Origin: a virus | Virus record (IMG/VR): IMGVR_UViG_3300043178_000054 | Location: 1 to 43,736 of that record | DNA length: 43,736 bases | Strand: one strand, 5' to 3' | Shown here: positions 40,201 to 43,736 of the stretch, piece by piece | How the letters are laid out: every line of letters begins with the position of its first letter | Numbering within the stretch: the stretch's first letter is position 1 | Position numbers and translations under genes: made by a program | The notes under the pieces: generated by a model | What the model saw: the letters and a program-made list of their open reading frames with translations, nothing else | The model's database searches: none | Told to the model about the DNA's origin: nothing

Positions 40201-41583
40201 CTCCTCCCCCTGGCGAACGTACTTCCAGGCGGAGCCGATGGTAGGGGATTGCTCCAGTGCCCAGGCGGTGGACTCCATCGTCCGCAGCAGCGAATCCTGC
40301 TTCCTAGCGAACATCCGCGGGGCGTTGGTCTTGAACAGAATCCAGTGATCGCTCGCTCGGTGGGCCGCTCCCCCCTTGATCTTCCTGGCCATGACGTAGA
40401 GCCCGTCTTGCCCAAGCTCCCTATTCATGTACCAGCCGTCAGAGATCGACGGGAGGCTGTCTTTCATGATCTTGGCCAGGCGCTTCGCACCATCTGGCGA
40501 GTTGACTTTCAGCACCGTCGGGAAGGCGGCGTATTCCTGCCAACGCTCCGGAAGGAAGCGGGCCAACCTTTCTCCAATCTCTGGCATCTGCGTCAGTAGC
40601 TTGGCGTCCGTCAGCTTGTAGCTGGCGAACGCCCCACTCTTTTCAGCCTCTCCCTGCATCCGACGGAAGAGCCCATTCACCGCCGAGGTGTTCCTATCTC
40701 CATGGGCCAGCTTCCCGACCACGTTACCGCTCGGCCAAACGGACTCGATCTCCTTCAGGATTCCATCCGAGACTTCATCTATGAGAGCACGATCACCCTC
40801 CAATAGGCTTGAATAGGCGTCCGTCCCCTTGAAGACGTTGAGTCTCGCCAGCTTCTCCTGCGGTGCCCAGTTCAGGTTCCACTCATCGAAAACCTGCCCG
40901 AGCTTCTCCTCCCCTCTGATGGTCGTCAGTCGAGCGGGTCGCCCACGCGCAAGCGCCCCAAAGGCACCACCCACCACTCCACCAAAGGCCAGGTTCACCA
41001 GCGCTTGGTTGACCCGCTCATTCCCGCTGTCTGTAAACGCTGCAGCGTTGCCAACTCGAATGGCTTCGAAGGGAGCGAAGCGGGCAACCTCTCGGAGCCC
41101 CGCCCGACCGAATGCCGAGGTGACGGAGGGCAGCACCCCAGATTCTGTGGCAGACACCCCAAGGCCGCCCACCGTCCTCGCGAGCGCCGGAACGGCGCGA
41201 CCAGCCACTCGAGAGGCAATGCCCGCCCCGGTGAGGTAGCCGGCGCCAAAGCCAGCGATTTCGGTTCCCAGACCGAGAATCGGGTTCTCCGCCCGATACT
41301 GCTCTACACCGAGCAGGGGATCGAAGCCGAGAGCCTCCGGCACGAGGGCGCTGAGGAAGCTCTTGATCGGCCCAGAGACTGGTCCGAGCTGCTCCCCGGA
41401 CGGAATCTCCGTCTCCGCCATCCGCTGCACGGGGAGTGCCTTGAGGTACTCCAGTGCCGTAGGCGGAGTCACCCCGCCGGAGAGCGCCTGAGACGCCAGA
41501 AGTGCCATCGGTGAGAGGGCACTTGGCGTAATCGGGAACATCACCTCGGGGAGGAGCTCTTCTCCAGGGAGCAGCTCGGTCAC
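37273..41583 (-). CDS. Giant virion protein (1436 aa), internal/ejection-protein candidate
   Basis: Last gene of the late operon. No Cys noticed. Gly-rich hydrophobic N-terminal segments. Analogy to large internal core proteins of podoviruses rests on size and position only. Confidence 0.55.
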   Translation of the reverse strand: MTELLPGEELLPEVMFPITPSALSPMALLASQALSGGVTPPTALEYLKALPVQRMAETEIPSGEQLGPVSGPIKSFLSALVPEALGFDPLLGVEQYRAENPILGLGTEIAGFGAGYLTGAGIASRVAGRAVPALARTVGGLGVSATESGVLPSVTSAFGRAGLREVARFAPFEAIRVGNAAAFTDSGNERVNQALVNLAFGGVVGGAFGALARGRPARLTTIRGEEKLGQVFDEWNLNWAPQEKLARLNVFKGTDAYSSLLEGDRALIDEVSDGILKEIESVWPSGNVVGKLAHGDRNTSAVNGLFRRMQGEAEKSGAFASYKLTDAKLLTQMPEIGERLARFLPERWQEYAAFPTVLKVNSPDGAKRLAKIMKDSLPSISDGWYMNRELGQDGLYVMARKIKGGAAHRASDHWILFKTNAPRMFARKQDSLLRTMESTAWALEQSPTIGSAWKYVRQGEEKHVPAGFELRARARAPGTSVNLPGQGIGLAKDVKPVADLLLDPQAQWVGGTVEPSKIGELWQKAVRGLGDDSLASDLAVGANTLKHVFKNYFAPSNAKFSDSLSGARAQLLIKEVADRARARVVRATAGRLGQGFRQPTGPSDVILRGAERNGGIFPLIDEMEERTAKGIPALQQFSAAVFGKMSLVEAASHKMDASVLRTLSKLREMRLDSDRDLILATEAYGLKPMTMSSEYYLISRGWRGNLRLPLYVKGENGAETLIDFASGNSRAEVMREAEALRAALKEKGFDITWKKASAGTGRFRKDFPEELRALGAENDLELMNMISEGHPAEAAAREARLQFVTAPARPGRLQPIRLVNAQGFAGGLRPLTGPEIKSKIAANLWEKERYIGEAMVRNKLLQPTLSRLGGVNPGTAPVTMLGGMMKDLGGEFPLVAEWLNRYTFQAFGKPVPNSISEAIDRAALHAVGVPLSSVTRALNQAMFHLTFGALDVGFPVLNATTYLQTGMPEVMFTLRAPTKALQKYYSTALIPSSKGTVAMSHIEPLKLAKVAMDDFRKMTKDKDVWADVRWALDNGVVSPRFVEEYVGELSGDVTASALRRGDVDILKFLLEADKLPAAKSEEFVRMHSFLLGRRLAKDFRGLEGEKANLFAKRFTERTMFNYSTADRAAVMTGPIGSAWGMFKNWPAHYIWNMMAYVKHGIKTGDVAPLAWAMAGTGAVGGLTAVPGYFALDAFSRFAADKDAVSAVYEGMGADGDSLPLDAIFYGLPSFLGVSLSSRAAAPFSDPLRDVNSLFSIATWERAKAFANVSQSTIDTFTETGRGPGESAKVFDEFMKALAPRWMYRAHQTTADGAIRSLKTGNQLIGDLDLAERLGYIMGLPSTQVMKSFDVSSELWRRQESRKEAVTLLGEEYAQLLEERDVKGLANLLRRAAQMGIDPASVHASGEARFLNANEELMDRQFKEYNDYKTKHAVLGR

Positions 41584-42866
41584 TTCGTCTCCGGCATCTG
41601 GATCTCCCGCCCAGTGTTGATGCCGTCCACCAGCAGGATCATCGCTGCAGGAGCCAACACCAGCTGGTTGAACTTCTCCGGGTCACGAAGGCGCATCGCC
41701 TCGGCTTCGCTCTCTGGGTCGTCTGAGCTGGGAAATGCTGCCTGCGCTGCGATGGCAATGGCGCGCTTCGACAACTCGCTGTTCGGGTTCGCCGTCAGCT
41801 CGTTGATCGACCGGAGAAGGTGTGCCTGCATCCCAGGGTCCTTGATGGCAAAGCTGCCACCTCCGGCAAGCGGGTAGGTCAGGACATCCGTACTCTTGCC
41901 ATCTCGTCCCTTTGCCGTCGCAGCCATCAAAGTGATCTGCTCGATCAGCGGATTGACCTGATAGCGTTGAACGGAGAGCTTGCCCGTCAGTGGATCCCAC
42001 TGATTCACAACCAGGTATCCACCAACGATGTCGCTCTTCGGCTGGGAGAGCTGCATCAAGGCGATCTGCTGATTCGCATTCGCAATGTCCGCCCGAAGCG
42101 CCGCGTCCTTGACCTTGAGACGGAAGTCCGCTTGGGCCGCCTCGATCGCCCCCAATGCCTGCCCGCGCTGCAGCTCCAGTTGGCTGTAATGCCGGTCGAA
42201 CTCGTCGAGCCGCTTGTGGAACTCGGAGACCTTGCTATCTTGAGCGTTGTAGCCGCCTGCAGCTGCCAGGGCCAGGGTCTGCCCTACGGTGGTGCCGGAT
42301 GCGGCGCCTCCAGCCGCCCCCGCAAGCGTTGCCGCCAGAAGCTCCCGATCCGACGGAGCCACTGGTCGATCGCCAGGTGTGATCGCCCGAAGGATTTTCT
42401 GCGCTTCCGCATAGTTCGGTTCCGGCGGAGCATCAAACCGAATGGACGGCGCGGCAACTGGGGGTCTCAGCTGCGCTCCGAAGGCTTCAGCGAGGTCTCC
42501 GAACTGGAACGGTACCTGGGGCTCCGACCCAGCGTCGTTTCCAGCCCCCCGTTGGGGTGGCTGTCCAGCTGGTAGGCCACCCATTGCCGAGTGGAGCTTG
42601 AATGCGTCGTAGGGATTCGAGATGGCAAAGGCCACCTGCGGATCGACTCCATAGTCGAGGAGCATCTGGTTCAGCACCTCGTCCGTATGGCCGACACCAG
42701 CCACGGCCGCCGCTGCTGTGTCGGCCAGAGGCTTGGCCAGATACTTCCAGATCTCGTCCTCAGCTTCGGAGGCTACCTCTCCAGCGCCGCTCAGCACACG
42801 ACCAAGAGCCGTCGGAAAGGCTTCTGGCGGTGTGGCATGCCAGGGAAACGATCTCGAATCGGCCAT
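41580..42866 (-). CDS. Internal virion protein candidate (428 aa)
   Basis: 4-nt overlap with the downstream gene. Ala/Gly/Gln-rich with a coiled-coil segment. Confidence 0.5.
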   Translation of the reverse strand: MADSRSFPWHATPPEAFPTALGRVLSGAGEVASEAEDEIWKYLAKPLADTAAAAVAGVGHTDEVLNQMLLDYGVDPQVAFAISNPYDAFKLHSAMGGLPAGQPPQRGAGNDAGSEPQVPFQFGDLAEAFGAQLRPPVAAPSIRFDAPPEPNYAEAQKILRAITPGDRPVAPSDRELLAATLAGAAGGAASGTTVGQTLALAAAGGYNAQDSKVSEFHKRLDEFDRHYSQLELQRGQALGAIEAAQADFRLKVKDAALRADIANANQQIALMQLSQPKSDIVGGYLVVNQWDPLTGKLSVQRYQVNPLIEQITLMAATAKGRDGKSTDVLTYPLAGGGSFAIKDPGMQAHLLRSINELTANPNSELSKRAIAIAAQAAFPSSDDPESEAEAMRLRDPEKFNQLVLAPAAMILLVDGINTGREIQMPETK

Positions 42867-42869
42867 GTG

Positions 42870-43736
42870 TCAACCTCCCAGGGCGCCGGCTACGCCGCCG
42901 AGGATCGCCCCTGCGGCTGTACCCCAGGTTCCCTTCCCCAGCTGACTTCCCAGCGCGGCACCACCCAAGGCACCTTGCAGAAGCCCGACCCAGGGGTTGT
43001 TCTGCTGCGTTGTCGTCTGGTTGGTCGGTGCCCCAACCGACCCGAAGAAAGTCTGGTACGGACCCATAGGACGGTTGATTGCGTTGACGAACTCTTGGAA
43101 CTGCATCTGCCGGGGTTTGACCTCGGTCTCCGTGATCAACGCCCTACGGTAGTCACCCAGCTCTGACATGAGCCGACCAGGGTTCTCCTCCAGGACATAG
43201 CCCTGACCAAAAAGGGCCGGCGCCTTGAGGGAGGCATCCCGTCGAGACTGGATCTCCGCAAGGGTCATCATGGCAGCGAGCTCTTTCATCTGCTCGTCCG
43301 TCTGAGCGGTGGCACTGGACTCTGCGAATGGCATCCGCGAGGAAAGGTCCGCCCCGCTCCCCGCCGCAATGGCCCGCACACGTGCAAGCTGCCGCGCTCG
43401 CGCCCGCTCCAGTGGACCCACTGCAGCGTCCAGAGCTGCCACAAAGGCGGGGTCCTGAGTTGGGTCCATGTAGCTGGGGTCGATCATCCGCTGCGCCAGC
43501 TCGATGATGGCCCTGGCCTCGCCCTGGCGCGCATCCGCCACGTCGGAGAGAGCCGCGATGCCAGCTTCCTGCAGCGGGTCGATGGCCGCCGCCCAGGGAC
43601 CAAGGTACGGACCGAGGCCGCGGAGTGCATCCGAGGTCTCCGACGCCAGATCTCGATAGTCCTTGTAGGTCTCCCGAAGGAACTTCGGAAGGTTCAACCT
43701 GGCTGAAGATGCCATTCCTCCTCCTCCTCCTCCCCC
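42870..43736 (-). CDS. Junction-spanning virion-module protein, 3' part (C-terminal 281 aa from the internal ATG at 43715; open upstream to the window edge)
   Basis: Codons upstream of ATG 43715 are GGA/GGG Gly codons that continue the frame from 1-784. C-terminal Gly-zipper-like tail GALGGAALGSQLGKGTWGTAAGAILGGVAGALGG. Confidence 0.75.
   Translation of the reverse strand, partial: GGGGGGGMASSARLNLPKFLRETYKDYRDLASETSDALRGLGPYLGPWAAAIDPLQEAGIAALSDVADARQGEARAIIELAQRMIDPSYMDPTQDPAFVAALDAAVGPLERARARQLARVRAIAAGSGADLSSRMPFAESSATAQTDEQMKELAAMMTLAEIQSRRDASLKAPALFGQGYVLEENPGRLMSELGDYRRALITETEVKPRQMQFQEFVNAINRPMGPYQTFFGSVGAPTNQTTTQQNNPWVGLLQGALGGAALGSQLGKGTWGTAAGAILGGVAGALGG
43610..43736. repeat. Second copy of the 127-bp terminal overlap
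   Basis: Identical to 1-127. Confidence 0.95.

Overview
The window is a complete, circularly closed genome of a GC-rich tailed phage. Bases 1-127 are identical to 43610-43736, so the non-redundant unit is 43,609 bp. One gene reads in frame across that junction. I saw no tRNA, rRNA, CRISPR array, integrase, reverse transcriptase or phage RNA polymerase.

There are two transcription blocks. They diverge at an AT-rich control region (about 23.04-23.30 kb) and converge on a perfect 14-bp bidirectional terminator hairpin (37218-37256).

The plus-strand block (23.3-37.2 kb) holds early and replication genes:
- small ORFs of unknown function, one with 13 tandem heptad repeats
- a UvrD-like SF1 helicase and RHH regulators
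- a Cas4-like nuclease, a Sak4-like ATPase and a DUF669-like SSB
- a ParB-domain/DNA-methyltransferase fusion
- a family-A DNA polymerase split by a Cys-rich ORF
- a DUF3987-like NTPase

The minus-strand block runs from 23.1 kb down to 1 and wraps to 43.7-37.3 kb. In order it holds:
- two small terminator-flanked early genes
- a repeat-rich late control region
- an HTH protein and a PD-(D/E)xK nuclease
- TerL, portal, scaffold and major capsid
- seven consecutive signal-peptide genes (6056-12216)
- a lysis cassette with an M15 endolysin and three membrane proteins
- fibre/tail genes and three large internal-virion-type proteins

The signal-peptide cluster is the most unusual feature. Each of its seven products begins with a hydrophobic, Sec-signal-like N-terminus (five of them with clear AxA-type cleavage sites), every mature part has an even number of cysteines, and the genes are tightly linked.

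Other points worth a second look are a covarying intergenic hairpin family, 22-bp G-rich tandem repeats upstream of a near-consensus promoter, possible recoding in the split polymerase, a poly-Gly tract that doubles as an internal ribosome-binding site, and a frame break in a gene upstream of the terminase.

All functional calls come from motifs read by eye and from gene order. No database search was possible.
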